NCBI GenBank assembly: GCA_963770895.1
Contig: CAVYRF010000002.1
Coordinates: 3,776,001 to 3,840,000 of the forward strand
DNA from: an uncultured Acidobacteriota bacterium
Lineage (GTDB): Bacteria; Acidobacteriota; Thermoanaerobaculia; Multivoradales; UBA5704
DNA: 64,000 nt
Direction: 5' to 3'
Shown piece by piece: positions 45,477 through 55,622 of the stretch (positions are counted from its first letter, which is position 1; each line of letters opens with the position of its first letter). The position numbers and the translations under genes were made by a program. The notes below the pieces were generated by a model, which did not search any database, was not told where the DNA came from, and saw only the letters and a list, made by a program, of their open reading frames with translations.

Positions 45477-46975
45477 TCGGCGTCGGCGCCGGGCGCTGGG
45501 CGGACGTCCGGCCGATCTCGCCCTTCCGGCCTGTCGGTGGCATCTGGCTCGACCGGCTCGACCGGCTCAAGCGGTTGGGCGGGCTCGGCCGGTTCGACCT
45601 GCAGGCCGGCCGGTGTGAGGTCGCCGTCCAGATCCAGCTGGAATAGCTCGCGCACCAGGTCGAGGCGCGGCAGATCCTCGGCGCCGCCGTGGCCGCGCAG
45701 GCGGCTGCTGGGGTGGTGGAGGATCTTGCGCACGAGCGATCGCGTGAGGCGGTCCAGGTGCTCGTGCGAGCTGGCGGGAAAGTGGTGGAGCGCCTGGGCC
45801 AGCTCCTGGCGCCGGATCTGCTCGGCGCGCTTTTGCAGCTGGGCGATCAGCGGCTCGGCCTGCATGGCGCGGTACCAGCCGTGGAAGCGGTTGAGCTCCT
45901 GATCCAGGATCTCCTCGACGCGCGGCACCTCGTCCTTGCGGCGCCGCAGGTTGCGCTGGACCAGGTGATCGAGCGAATCGAGGGGGTGCAGAAAGACGTT
46001 TTCGATGCGTCCGGCCGCCGGCTCGACGTTGCGCGGCACGCTCAGATCGACGACCAGGAGCGGCCGGCCGCGGCGCGCGGCCATGGCGTCGGTGAGCTGC
46101 GTGCGGGTGAGGACGGGCTCTTCGGCGCCGGTCGAGACGACCACCAGGTCGGCGGCGGCCGTCGCCGTCAGCCGCTCGGCGAAGCCCAGGATCGCGGTGT
46201 GCGGAAACTCCTGCTGGAATTCGAGCGCCCGGCCGGCGTTGCGGTTGGCGACCGACAGGTGTTGTACGCCGCGCTCGCTCAGGCTGCGCGCGACGGAGCG
46301 GGCGATTTCGCCGGCGCCGATCATCAGCACGCGGCAGCCGTCGAGGTCGCGAAAGATGCTGCGCGCCAGCTCGACCACCGCGTAGCCGAAGGAGACCGCG
46401 CCCTGGGCGATGGCGGTCTCCTGGCGGGCGCGGCCGCCCGCGGTCAGGGCGCTGCGCAGGAGGCGGCGCAGCACCGGGCCGGTCGCCCCCACCGCATCGG
46501 CGAGCGCCGACGCCTGTTTGACCTGGCCCAGGATCTCGGGTTCGCCCAGGACCATCGATTCCAAGCCGCTGGCCACCGCCAGGAGATGGCGGGCGGCGGC
46601 GGCGTTGCGCTTGACGTAGAGGCTGCCCGGGCGCTCCAGCTCTGGCGCGCGCGCCAGGAAGACCAGGTCGAGGGCGGCCTGGTAGGCCTCTTCTTCGTCG
46701 CGCGGCTGGATCACCACCTCGGTGCGGTTGCAGGTGGACAGCAGCAGCGCCTCGGCGACGCCGGCGCGCGCCAGCAGGTGGACCAGCTTTTGCGCCGTCT
46801 CGTCGTCGCCGTAGGCCACGCGCTCGCGCAGGTCCAGGGCGGCACCGTGATGGTCGAGGCCGAGCAGCAGCAGGCTGGGGCCCGCGCCGCCGCCGGCGCC
46901 CGCCGTCGCGCCGTTGCCGCCGGCGGGGGGGGCAAGGGGCGAGGGCGGCGGTGCGCCGGCGGCGGGGTCGGACAT
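45461..46975 (-). CDS. hemA: Glutamyl-tRNA reductase
   Basis: LSTCNRTE, SGLESMVLGEPEILGQVK, IGAGE, DLSVPRN. Confidence 0.95.
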   Translation of the reverse strand: MSDPAAGAPPPSPLAPPAGGNGATAGAGGGAGPSLLLLGLDHHGAALDLRERVAYGDDETAQKLVHLLARAGVAEALLLSTCNRTEVVIQPRDEEEAYQAALDLVFLARAPELERPGSLYVKRNAAAARHLLAVASGLESMVLGEPEILGQVKQASALADAVGATGPVLRRLLRSALTAGGRARQETAIAQGAVSFGYAVVELARSIFRDLDGCRVLMIGAGEIARSVARSLSERGVQHLSVANRNAGRALEFQQEFPHTAILGFAERLTATAAADLVVVSTGAEEPVLTRTQLTDAMAARRGRPLLVVDLSVPRNVEPAAGRIENVFLHPLDSLDHLVQRNLRRRKDEVPRVEEILDQELNRFHGWYRAMQAEPLIAQLQKRAEQIRRQELAQALHHFPASSHEHLDRLTRSLVRKILHHPSSRLRGHGGAEDLPRLDLVRELFQLDLDGDLTPAGLQVEPAEPAQPLEPVEPVEPDATDRPEGRDRPDVRPAPGADADQRER

Positions 46976-47016
46976 GGCTCTGGCGGCTCTAGGGGGGGCT
47001 CTGGTGGTGTGGCTCT

Positions 47017-47859
47017 CTAATTGAATCCGTGGAATCCAGTGAGGAAAAGGTTCACTGCCACCAGGGAAAAGAGGATCGTGGCGAGGCCCGCCAGGCTGGC
47101 GAGCGCCGTCTGGCGCCCCTGCCAGCGTCGCAGCCGGCGCAGCAGCAGCGCGATGCCGTAGATCGTCCAGGTGAGGAGCGTGGCCAGGATCTTGGGGTCG
47201 TGCAGCCAGTCGCCGGGGTACAGGCGCTCGGCCCACAGGGCGCCGGTGGCGAGGGCGACGGTCAACCACGCGAAGCCCGCCGCCAGCGAGATCGCCATCA
47301 TCCGTTCGAGCACCGCGAGCGGCGGGAGCTTGCCGAAGAAGGTCGAGAAGCGCCCCGCCTTGAGGTCGCGGTAGAGCTGCAGATAGAGGAAGGCGTAGGC
47401 CGCGGCGACGGTGAAGGCGGCGTAGCCGAGCAGAGCGGCCGACACGTGCAGGGCAAAGAACGGCTCGTGGAAGATGGCACGGTCGGGCACCTCGGGGCGC
47501 GCCAGGATCGAGGCCAGCAGCTGGAAGAAAAACGCCAGCGAGGCGAGCCAGAAGCCGGTGCTGCGTTCGCGGCCGTGCCATTCCACGAAGGCGTACACCA
47601 GGGCGACCGCGAAGGCGAGCATCGACAGCGCCTGCGATTCGGTGGCGGCCGGGAACTGCCGCCAGCGGGCGGTCAGCGCCAGCAGGTAGGCAAAATGCAG
47701 CACCAGGGTGACGCGCAGGGCCGGCGTCGCCCCGCGGCGCGCCCGAAGGGCGCCGGCCGAACCGGCGGCGGCAAAGAAGGCGAAGCCATAGTCGACGGCC
47801 ACCAGCAGGTAGGCCAGGGGCAGGACGATGACCGCGGCGCGAAACAGGGGCTGGACCAC
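47017..47859 (-). CDS. ccsA: Cytochrome c biogenesis CcsA/HemX-like membrane protein (start uncertain)
   Basis: ALHV, LPPLAVLE, TGALWA..WLHDPK, GFHGF; located upstream of hemA. Confidence 0.82.
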   Translation of the reverse strand: MVQPLFRAAVIVLPLAYLLVAVDYGFAFFAAAGSAGALRARRGATPALRVTLVLHFAYLLALTARWRQFPAATESQALSMLAFAVALVYAFVEWHGRERSTGFWLASLAFFFQLLASILARPEVPDRAIFHEPFFALHVSAALLGYAAFTVAAAYAFLYLQLYRDLKAGRFSTFFGKLPPLAVLERMMAISLAAGFAWLTVALATGALWAERLYPGDWLHDPKILATLLTWTIYGIALLLRRLRRWQGRQTALASLAGLATILFSLVAVNLFLTGFHGFN

Positions 47860-48014
47860 GCTCCATGCTAGCACCTTCTTGCCGCGGGCCTCACCATCTG
47901 CTAGTGTCCACGACCCGGCCGCGGCCATGTGCGGGATCGGGTCCCTCCTGTTGGACATCTCCGCGAAAGCAACTCACCGGTAAGGCTCGGGTAGACGGGT
48001 AGAAGAGAGCGCCA

Positions 48015-49376
48015 ATGGCCAACGTCATCATCGTCGGGATGCAGTGGGGAGACGAGGGCAAGGGGAAGATCGTCGATCTCCTTTGCCCGGCGTTCGACGG
48101 AGTGGTGCGCTACCAGGGAGGGCACAACGCCGGCCACACGGTGCGCTTCCGGGACCGCCACTTCTCGTTGCGGCTGATCCCCTCGGGCATCCTGCACGCC
48201 GACATGGTGTGCGTCATGGGCAACGGCATGGTCATCGCGCCCGACGCCTTTCTGGAAGAGCTTGAACAGCTGTCGGCTTCCGGAGTGCGGGTGGACGACC
48301 GGCTGTTCGTCTCCAACCGCGCGCACGTGCTGCTCCCCTTCCACGCCGCGGTGGACCGTGCGCGCGAGGAGGCGGGTGGGCGCAACCGCATCGGCACCAC
48401 CGCCCGCGGCATCGGTCCGGCCTACGAAAGCAAGGCGTCGCGCTACGGCCTGCGCACCTGCGACCTGGATGCTCCCGACGTCGAGGAGCGGCTGCGGCTG
48501 CTGCGCCAGCGGGCGGAGATGGAGCTGGCGGCGCTGGGTGCCGAGCCGCTGGATGCGGCCGGCGCGGGCGGCGAGGGCGGTCAGGACGCGAACGTCGACG
48601 TCGAGCGGTGCCACGGCTGGGCCGAGCGCCTGCGGCCGCACCTGCGCGACACCGAGCAGCTCCTCAATGCCTGGATCACCCAAGGGAAGTCGCTGCTGTT
48701 CGAGGGCGCGCAGGGGACGCTGCTCGACCTGGACCACGGCACCTATCCTTTCGTCACCAGCTCCAGCTCGACGGCGGGCGGCGCCTGCACCGGCACCGGC
48801 GTGCCGCCGACCCGCATCGACGGGGCGATCGGCGTGCTCAAGGCCTACACCACCCGCGTCGGCGGCGGGCCGTTCCCCGGCGAGCTGGTGGACGCGCGCG
48901 GCGACTTCCTGCGCCAGCGCGGCAACGAATACGGCACGGTCACCGGGCGGCCGCGGCGCTGCGGCTGGCTGGACATGGTGGTGGCGCGGTACGCGCGGCT
49001 GCTCAACGGCATCGACACCGTGGCGCTGACCAAGCTGGACGTGCTGGACGACTTCGACGAGATCCCGGTGTGCATCGGCTACCGCCGCGGTGGGCAGGTG
49101 CTGCGCGACCTGCCGCCCGACCGGCACTCGCTGGAAACCGTGGAGCCGGTGCTGCGCACCTTCAAGGGCTGGAAGTGCTCGACCGCCGGCATTCTGGACG
49201 AATCGCAGCTGCCGCCGGCGGCGCGCGACTACGTCGACTTCATCGAGCAGGAGCTGGCCGCCCCCGTGTCGTTGGTCTCAACCGGCCCACGCCGCGAAGA
49301 GACCCTGCTGCGCGACCACCCCGTCCTGCACCGCCTCACCTCCGGCCACCTGGGCCGCGTTCTGGATCAACGGTAG
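48015..49376 (+). CDS. purA: Adenylosuccinate synthetase
   Basis: QWGDEGKGK, GGHNAGHT, EGAQG, GTVTGRPRRCGWLD, TKLDVL. Confidence 0.97.
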   Translation: MANVIIVGMQWGDEGKGKIVDLLCPAFDGVVRYQGGHNAGHTVRFRDRHFSLRLIPSGILHADMVCVMGNGMVIAPDAFLEELEQLSASGVRVDDRLFVSNRAHVLLPFHAAVDRAREEAGGRNRIGTTARGIGPAYESKASRYGLRTCDLDAPDVEERLRLLRQRAEMELAALGAEPLDAAGAGGEGGQDANVDVERCHGWAERLRPHLRDTEQLLNAWITQGKSLLFEGAQGTLLDLDHGTYPFVTSSSSTAGGACTGTGVPPTRIDGAIGVLKAYTTRVGGGPFPGELVDARGDFLRQRGNEYGTVTGRPRRCGWLDMVVARYARLLNGIDTVALTKLDVLDDFDEIPVCIGYRRGGQVLRDLPPDRHSLETVEPVLRTFKGWKCSTAGILDESQLPPAARDYVDFIEQELAAPVSLVSTGPRREETLLRDHPVLHRLTSGHLGRVLDQR

Positions 49377-49465
49377 CGCCGCCTGGGCTGGCGGCGGCCC
49401 GCGGGGCCCGCGCGGCGGCGCGTGCGGTGGGGCGCGGCGGCGCGTGCACGTGGCGTGTCGCCGGC

Positions 49466-49924
49466 CTAAGCGGTCGCCGCCGCGGCGGCCATGTCCGCCG
49501 CGCTGGGGAACCGGCGCTGCAGGATGTCCTGGCCGCGATGCAGGAAGCAGGTGTCGATCTGTTTGGGCTCGAACCACTGCTTCACGAACTCCACCACGCC
49601 CTCTTCGCTGAACGGCTTGCAGGAATACACGTCGATGCTGACGAAGCGGTGCGTCGCCGAAGTGTGGATCTGGATGCCGCTTTCGTGGATCGGCACCCAG
49701 CCGCTATAGCCCGGCTTGCCGGGGTACGCATTCTCGTTGGTCCTGAAGATGTAGGGTTGCGTCTGCTTGGCCACCTGCAGCAGCACGCAGATCTTGTCGA
49801 GAAACTCATAGCCCCGTTCAAGGTCGCAGCACACCTCTTCGTCGCAGCCGAAACAGTCGAGCACCAGCTGGAACCCCCAAGGGGCCTGGCGGACCTGGCC
49901 ATGCGCGGAAAGCTTGTCCCTCAT
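49466..49924 (-). CDS. S-adenosylmethionine decarboxylase proenzyme-like protein
   Basis: LVLDCFGC; IHE-SGIQIHT pyruvoyl cleavage site; IDVYSCK. Confidence 0.8.
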   Translation of the reverse strand: MRDKLSAHGQVRQAPWGFQLVLDCFGCDEEVCCDLERGYEFLDKICVLLQVAKQTQPYIFRTNENAYPGKPGYSGWVPIHESGIQIHTSATHRFVSIDVYSCKPFSEEGVVEFVKQWFEPKQIDTCFLHRGQDILQRRFPSAADMAAAAATA

Positions 49925-50147
49925 AGTGACCGTCCTCTGCGTTGAGTTTATCTCAACTTATTTAAGCATGGATATGGAGATGCCGCAAGGGCGGGAGCGA
50001 TGGGGTGGCGGGGTACTGCCCTGGGGACAGTCCCGGCGGTGGCAAACGCTGCTGCTGGCCCGGCTCCGGGCGTGCCGAGCACCCAGGCCTGCGTCAGCCC
50101 TTGACACCCACCCGCGCCAGGGTGCCTCCAGATATACTCGCCGCCGT

Positions 50148-50223
50148 GGGCCGTTAGCTCAGTTGGTAGAGCAGCGGACTTTTAATCCGCGGGTCCAGAG
50201 TTCGAGTCTCTGACGGCCCACCA
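50148..50223 (+). tRNA. tRNA-Lys (TTT)
   Basis: GGGCCGT/ACGGCCC acceptor stem, D loop AGTTGGTA, anticodon arm GCGGA-CTTTTAA-TCCGC, TTCGA, encoded CCA; 76 nt. Confidence 0.96.
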
Positions 50224-51348
50224 ATGGAATCAGATACTTACGAGCCGCCAATTGCGGCTCGCTTGCTTTTAGTAGTCGCCGTGGTCCAGAACTGGTCCCA
50301 TGGCCAGCGTACAGCGACGGGTCGGTAGTGATGGGGCAGTTACTTGGCGGGTGCGTGTCCGCGTTGCAGGGCATCCGATCCAGACCCAATCCTTTCGGCG
50401 CAAGACCGATGCTGGCGAGTGGGCCGTGCGGACAGAAGCAGCCCTGCGGGACGGCAAGCACCTAATGGGCCGCGAGGCGAAGCGCAGGACCGTGAGCAAC
50501 CTCATCGCTCGATACCGGCTCGATGTGATCCCGGCTTACGGCGCGCGCGAGCAAGGTCAACGCCTCGGTAAGCTGGCCTGGTGGGAGAGCCAGGTCGGCA
50601 ACCTGCTCGTTAGCGATTTGACCGCGGCGAGGGTTATCGAATGCCGGGCTAGGCTTGCCCGCGGCGAAGGTCCAAGCGGAAAGCCTGCGTCGCCGGCGAC
50701 GCAGGCTCGGTACCTTGCTGCCCTGAAGCACGTCTTCTCGATAGCGCGCGACGAGTGGGAGTGGACCACCGACAACCCGATGGCTCGGGTGCGAGCTCCG
50801 AAGGAGCCGCGCGGGCGGGTTCGGTTCCTTTCTGAGGACGAACGTACCTGCCTCCTGGCGGCGTGCAGGTCGAGCGATAATCGGCGGCTCTACCCTCTCG
50901 TTCTCTTAGCGCTGAGCACCGGAGCAAGACAAGGCGAGCTCTTGGCGCTGCGCTGGCCGGACATCGACTTCGCGCTCTGCCAGGCGACGGTCCAGGAGTC
51001 AAAAAACGACGAACGCCGCGCCCTGGCCTTGAGCGATGGTGCCCTAGCTAGTAGTACTTCGCGAGCTGCGCCAGGTACGCCCGATCCACAGCGACTTGGT
51101 TTTTGCCACCAGGTCGGGCGATGCCACGGTGCCAAGGAAGGCGTGGGAGGCGGCGCTCCGCAAGGCTAAGGTTGAGGACTTTCACTTCCACGACCTTAGG
51201 CATTATCCCGAGCGCCGGATTATCCCGAGTTGGCCGCCAATCCAGCGCACCAGCGCGCACACTTGGGACTTGCAGCCTATGATGTACGCGGGATAATCCT
51301 GGTCCAATCTCCTCCCATCCGGCAGAGTGCCGGGCAAGGAGGAGATAC

Positions 51349-52590
51349 ATGCTGGAAGATTTCTTCGACGTACCTGCCGCCGCACAGCCACTTCGGTCCT
51401 GCGTTTTCGGCGGTCACCTCGACGGGTTCTGCGCGAGGCTCCTTGGCCTCGGCTACCAGCGCGTCACGATCCGGCAAAAGCTGTTGGTCGTGCGCGATCT
51501 GGCACGCTGGGTGAGTGCGAACCACTTGGCCGTGGGCGATCTTGACGAGGGGCGGATTCACCAGTTCCTCGACACGCGGCGCCGCCGTGGCCGCACTTAT
51601 CGCGGCTTCCGGTCCACAGCGCTGCTCCTGCTCGAGCAGCTCCGCAGCGCCGGCGCTGTTCCGATGCCAAAATTGGTCCTCGACGAGTCGCCTGTCGCCG
51701 CTCTCCTGACGCGCTATGAGGGGTACTTGGGACGGGAGCGGGCGCTCGAAGAGTGCACGATTGCGGGCTACCAGCGGTTCGTGCGCTTGTTCGTCATCGA
51801 ACGCCTCGGTGGTGGTACTCGGCCCGATTCTCTGCGCCCTGGCGATGTCCGCGAGTTCCTCCTCAGTCGAGTTGGCTGCATGAAGCCTCAGGTGGCGCAG
51901 TTCATGGGTACTGCACTGCGTTCGTTCTTGCGCTTCCTGTTCCTGAACGGTGAGACCGGCACCGACCTCGCTCCTGCGGTCCCGACCGTGCGTCGATGGC
52001 GAATGTCGAGCGTGCCCCGGCATCTCCCTGCGCGAGACGTGGAGCGGCTGCTGCGTGCGTGTGACTCGTCGTCCGCCACGGGACGTCGAGACCACGCGAT
52101 TCTCTTGCTTCTTGCCCGACTCGGCCTTCGCGCCAGCGAGGTTGTGGCGCTCGAACTCGGCGATCTGCACTGGCGCGAGGGTGAGATCGTCGTTCGCGGA
52201 AAAGGCCTCGTCCACGACCGCCTACCACTTCTCCCCGATGTCGGAGAGGCGCTCGCTCTCTACCTGAAGAAGGACCGACAGCCTGGCAGTTCTCGTCGCG
52301 TCTTTCTCTGCAGGCGGGCGCCACACCGCGGGCTCGCTCATCCCTCCACCGTCTCGACGATCGTCGCACGTGCGCTCGTCCGGGCGGGACTCCAGCCCGC
52401 GACCCGCGGTGCCCACCTGCTTCGCCACAGCTTGGCCACCACCATGGTGCGGCGGGGTGCCTCTCTTTCCGAGATCGGGCAGGTGCTCCGCCACCGCTCG
52501 CCCAGCTCGACGGAGATCTACGCCAAACTCGACTTCGGCGCCCTGCGCGACGTGGCGATGCCCTGGCCAACGGCCAGAGGTGCGCGATGA
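51349..52590 (+). CDS. RIT tyrosine recombinase A
   Basis: GLRASE, HLLRH, LRH..STEIYAK. Confidence 0.9.
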   Translation: MLEDFFDVPAAAQPLRSCVFGGHLDGFCARLLGLGYQRVTIRQKLLVVRDLARWVSANHLAVGDLDEGRIHQFLDTRRRRGRTYRGFRSTALLLLEQLRSAGAVPMPKLVLDESPVAALLTRYEGYLGRERALEECTIAGYQRFVRLFVIERLGGGTRPDSLRPGDVREFLLSRVGCMKPQVAQFMGTALRSFLRFLFLNGETGTDLAPAVPTVRRWRMSSVPRHLPARDVERLLRACDSSSATGRRDHAILLLLARLGLRASEVVALELGDLHWREGEIVVRGKGLVHDRLPLLPDVGEALALYLKKDRQPGSSRRVFLCRRAPHRGLAHPSTVSTIVARALVRAGLQPATRGAHLLRHSLATTMVRRGASLSEIGQVLRHRSPSSTEIYAKLDFGALRDVAMPWPTARGAR

Positions 52591-53531
52591 GCACCCTCGG
52601 TCAGGCCCTCGAAACCTACCTCGCCCTACGGCGCGGGCTCGGCTCGGAGCTGCGGGAGCCGGGCGCTTACCTGCATCGTTTTGTCGAGTTCCTCGACCGC
52701 GAAGGGACAGCCGTTGTCACGACGCAGCTTGCGCTGCGCTGGGCGACGGCACCGACCCACGCCACACCCGCCACCTGGGCACAGCGGTTGGCCGATGTGC
52801 GCCGCTTCGCCGCCTGGCTCAGCGCCACGGACCCTCGTACTGAGATCCCGCCACCTGGCCTGTTGCCTGACCGTTACCGGCGGCGACCGCCCTACATCTA
52901 CAGCGATAAGGAGGTCGCGCGCATCGTTGGCGAGGCCGCGCGACTTGTCTCGCCCTGCGGACTGCGAGCACTCACATACGGCGCGCTCTTCGGCCTTCTC
53001 GCCGCCACCGGTCTGCGTCTCGGTGAGGCACTCGCCCTCGATCGTGACGATGTCGACCTCAGTGCCGGCATCCTGGCGGTACGGCGTGCGAAGTTTGGCA
53101 AGTCCCGTTTCGTTCCTGTCCATGACTCGACACGAAAGGCCTTACGTCGCTACGCGCAGCAGCGGGATCGTCTCCTTCGGCGGCCGGTGTCGCCGGCCTT
53201 CCTTCTGTCCGATCGCGGCAGCCGCATTAGCCAGTGCAGTGCCCGGTATAACTTCGCCATCGTTTCCCGGGCCGCTGGCCTCCGCCCGCCCACGCGCGGA
53301 GGTCGCCATGGTCGCGGTCCGCGGCTTCACGACATGCGGCACCGGCTCGCAGCGAAAGTGCTCGTCCGCTGGTACCGCGAGGGACGCGACGTGGAGCGTG
53401 AGCTCCCCAAGCTGTCCGCCTACCTCGGCCACGTCCATGTCGCCGACACCTACTGGTACATCGAGGCGGTCCCAGAGCTCCTGCGGCTGGCCACTGAGCG
53501 GGCGACCCGCCCGCGGAAGGAAGCGCCGTGA
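52587..53531 (+). CDS. RIT tyrosine recombinase B
   Basis: TGLRLGEA, KFGKSR, HDMRH, YLGH..TYWY. Confidence 0.9.
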   Translation: MSTLGQALETYLALRRGLGSELREPGAYLHRFVEFLDREGTAVVTTQLALRWATAPTHATPATWAQRLADVRRFAAWLSATDPRTEIPPPGLLPDRYRRRPPYIYSDKEVARIVGEAARLVSPCGLRALTYGALFGLLAATGLRLGEALALDRDDVDLSAGILAVRRAKFGKSRFVPVHDSTRKALRRYAQQRDRLLRRPVSPAFLLSDRGSRISQCSARYNFAIVSRAAGLRPPTRGGRHGRGPRLHDMRHRLAAKVLVRWYREGRDVERELPKLSAYLGHVHVADTYWYIEAVPELLRLATERATRPRKEAP

Positions 53532-54522
53532 GCACTTCCGATTTCCCAGCGATGCTCCAGGCTTTCTTCACCGAACGCTTGCTCACCCAGCGGCGGGCCA
53601 GCCCGCACACCGTGGCCTCCTACCGCAATACCTTTCGCTTGCTCCTACGCTTCGCCGCTGAGCAGCTCGGCCGCGCCCCCTCCGGCATCTCGCTTACAGA
53701 TCTCGACGCCGCGTTTCTCGGCAAGTTCCTCGACCACCTCGAGCGCGAGCGCGCAACTCCGCTCGCAGCCGCAACGTCCGCCTCGCGGCGCTCCATGCCT
53801 TCTTCCGATATGTCGCCTTCACCGATCCAGCCCACGCGCTGCTTTGCCAGCGAAACCTCGCCATCCCGAGTAAACGCTTCGAGCGCGGGATCGTGGAGTT
53901 CCTCGGCGAAAGCGAGGTCGAAGCTCTCCTCGATGCCCCAGATCTTGCCACCTGGATCGGACGGCGCGACCATGCGCTCCTTCTCGTCGGCGTCCAGACC
54001 GGCCTGCGCGTTTCCGAGTTGACCGCCCTCTGTCATCAAGACGTGACGTTTGGCGCCGGCGCCCACGTCCGCTGCCAAGGCAAGGGGCGAAAGCTCCGCT
54101 GCACGCCCCTGCGCCGCGACGTCATGCGAGTCTTGAAGGCATGGCTGCGTGAGCAGCCGCTGGAACCTGACAGGCCGGTCTTTCCCAGCTCGCGCGGCGG
54201 CCGGATGAGCGAGGACGCCGTCGAGCGACTGGTGGCGAAGCACGTCACCGCCGCGCAACAATGTTGCCCGTCCCTCGTTGGCAAGAAGGTCACACCGCAT
54301 ACGCTTCGCCACACGGCCGCGATGCGGTTGCTCCAAAGCGGAGTGGACCGCAGCGTCATCGCCCTCTGGCTTGGCCACGAGTCCATCGAAACCACCCAGA
54401 TGTACCTGCACGCGGATCTTGGCCTGAAAGAAAAGGCCCTGGCGCGCACGGACTCCTCACAGCGGGCTCCGGGGCGCTACCGTCCGAAAGACACTCTCTT
54501 GACTTTCCTGGAGGGCCTCTGA
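53528..54522 (+). pseudogene. RIT tyrosine recombinase C, 1-bp deletion at ~53753
   Basis: ASPHTVASYR N-part; frame changes at GAGCGC-GC-AAC; C-part GLRVSE, HTLRH, LGHE, MYLH. Confidence 0.85.
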
Positions 54523-55150
54523 TTATCCCGCGTCCGATGGCTGCCCAAGGCAGAGCCACGCCGCTGCACACCTCCAACTCGGGATAATCCGGCGCTCGGG
54601 ATAATGCCGGTTATCCCGCGCGCGGGATAAGCGGCACACCTTCGCCTCCTACCTCGCTATGTCGGGCGCGACACTCCCGGAGCTGGCGGCGGCGCTCGGC
54701 CACAAGACCTTGGCCATGGTCCAGCGGTACGCCCACCTGGCCCCGGCTCACACGGCTGGGGTGGTGCGGCGGATGACGGAGAAGTTCCTTTCGGACGGCC
54801 CGGTTGCGACATGAGCGGACTCTTACAAACACAGGGACTTGCGTCATTGCAGTCCCAGAATGGCGGGCGCGATCGCGGTGCCCATCGACGAGCGGCTAGC
54901 CCAGGGGTCGCGGCGCGGCTGGGGCGGAGCATCCCCCCGGCCTCTGGTCCGGGGGGGCGGACCTCTGCTGCGCCCCCGTCGTGGTGCGCTGAATCACGTA
55001 GGAGAGCGACGGTACAGATGCACGATTGACGGGAAGGCAGGCTCTGAGCTGGTGAAAGAATTGCGTTTTTCCGCACAGCTTGTGGTGTTCCGCCAGGGTC
55101 GCTGAGCCGTGTCCTGGCTAAGGCGCGATCGGGTATCGAGTGAGCTTGGG

Positions 55151-55535
55151 TCAGGCGGGAATGCCTGGTTGGATGCAGGTGGCGGTGGTCGCCAAAGAGG
55201 GCAATGGGGTGCGGCGAAGCACCGACAGAGCCAGCGCGTCCCCGAGGCTCACGCCCTGGCGGCCGGCGGTAGTGACGAAGCCCGAGCGCAGGCTGTGACC
55301 GCCAAACTCTTGCGGGTCGTAGCCGGCCAGGGCGGCGCGTGCTTTGCCGACGCCGGGGACGCTGCGGTCGGATAGTCCGGCGCCGCCGCGGAAGTGCCGC
55401 GAAAGCGGGCGAAAGAGCGGCCTTCGGTCACTCCTGCCTTGGCGATCCAGGCGGCGACCGCGTGACCGGCGCAATCGACGGCGGGCAGCACGACGCCGAC
55501 GCCGGTCTGGCCGGTTTTGCTGCGCCGCACCGGCG
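55151..55535 (-). pseudogene. Remnant of a Cre-like tyrosine recombinase
   Basis: VRRSKTGQTG.. in one frame and GHSLRSGFVTTAGRQG in another. Confidence 0.7.
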
Positions 55536-55584
55536 AAGGCCGCGAGCTACCGATAGTAGTGCGCGCCGGCGAGGCGACCTGCCA

Positions 55585-55614
55585 TTGACGAACTTGAACT
55601 TTGTACTCTATGCT
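55585..55614 (+). promoter_or_regulatory. sigma70-type promoter, probably leaderless
   Basis: TTGACG-18 bp-TATGCT, 8 nt before GTG 55623. Confidence 0.55.
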
Positions 55615-55622
55615 GCAATGAC

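Larger units (their letters stand above)
51199..54630 (+). mobile_element. RIT element (recombinase in trio)
   Basis: Three overlapping tyrosine recombinase genes; perfect 35-bp terminal inverted repeats at 51199-51233 and 54574-54608; 20-bp palindrome at 54611-54630. Confidence 0.9.
50300..54814 (+). pseudogene. Island tyrosine integrase, frameshifted (~51048) and split by the RIT element
   Basis: N-part RVRFLS..STGARQGE..ESKN; +1 frame LVFATRSG..DFHFHDLRH up to ~51203; resumes at 54632 RHTFASYLAMSG..LGHKT..RYAHL to TGA 54814. Confidence 0.88.

Noticed and set aside
50101-50138. TTGACA..TATACT as a canonical tRNA promoter
   Set aside because: The spacing is 26 bp, so the two boxes cannot form one sigma70 promoter; only the -10 is plausible
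54793-54802. GACGGCCC as an attR copy of the tRNA-Lys 3' end
   Set aside because: Only 8 bp in GC-rich DNA and inside the integrase coding tail; chance match
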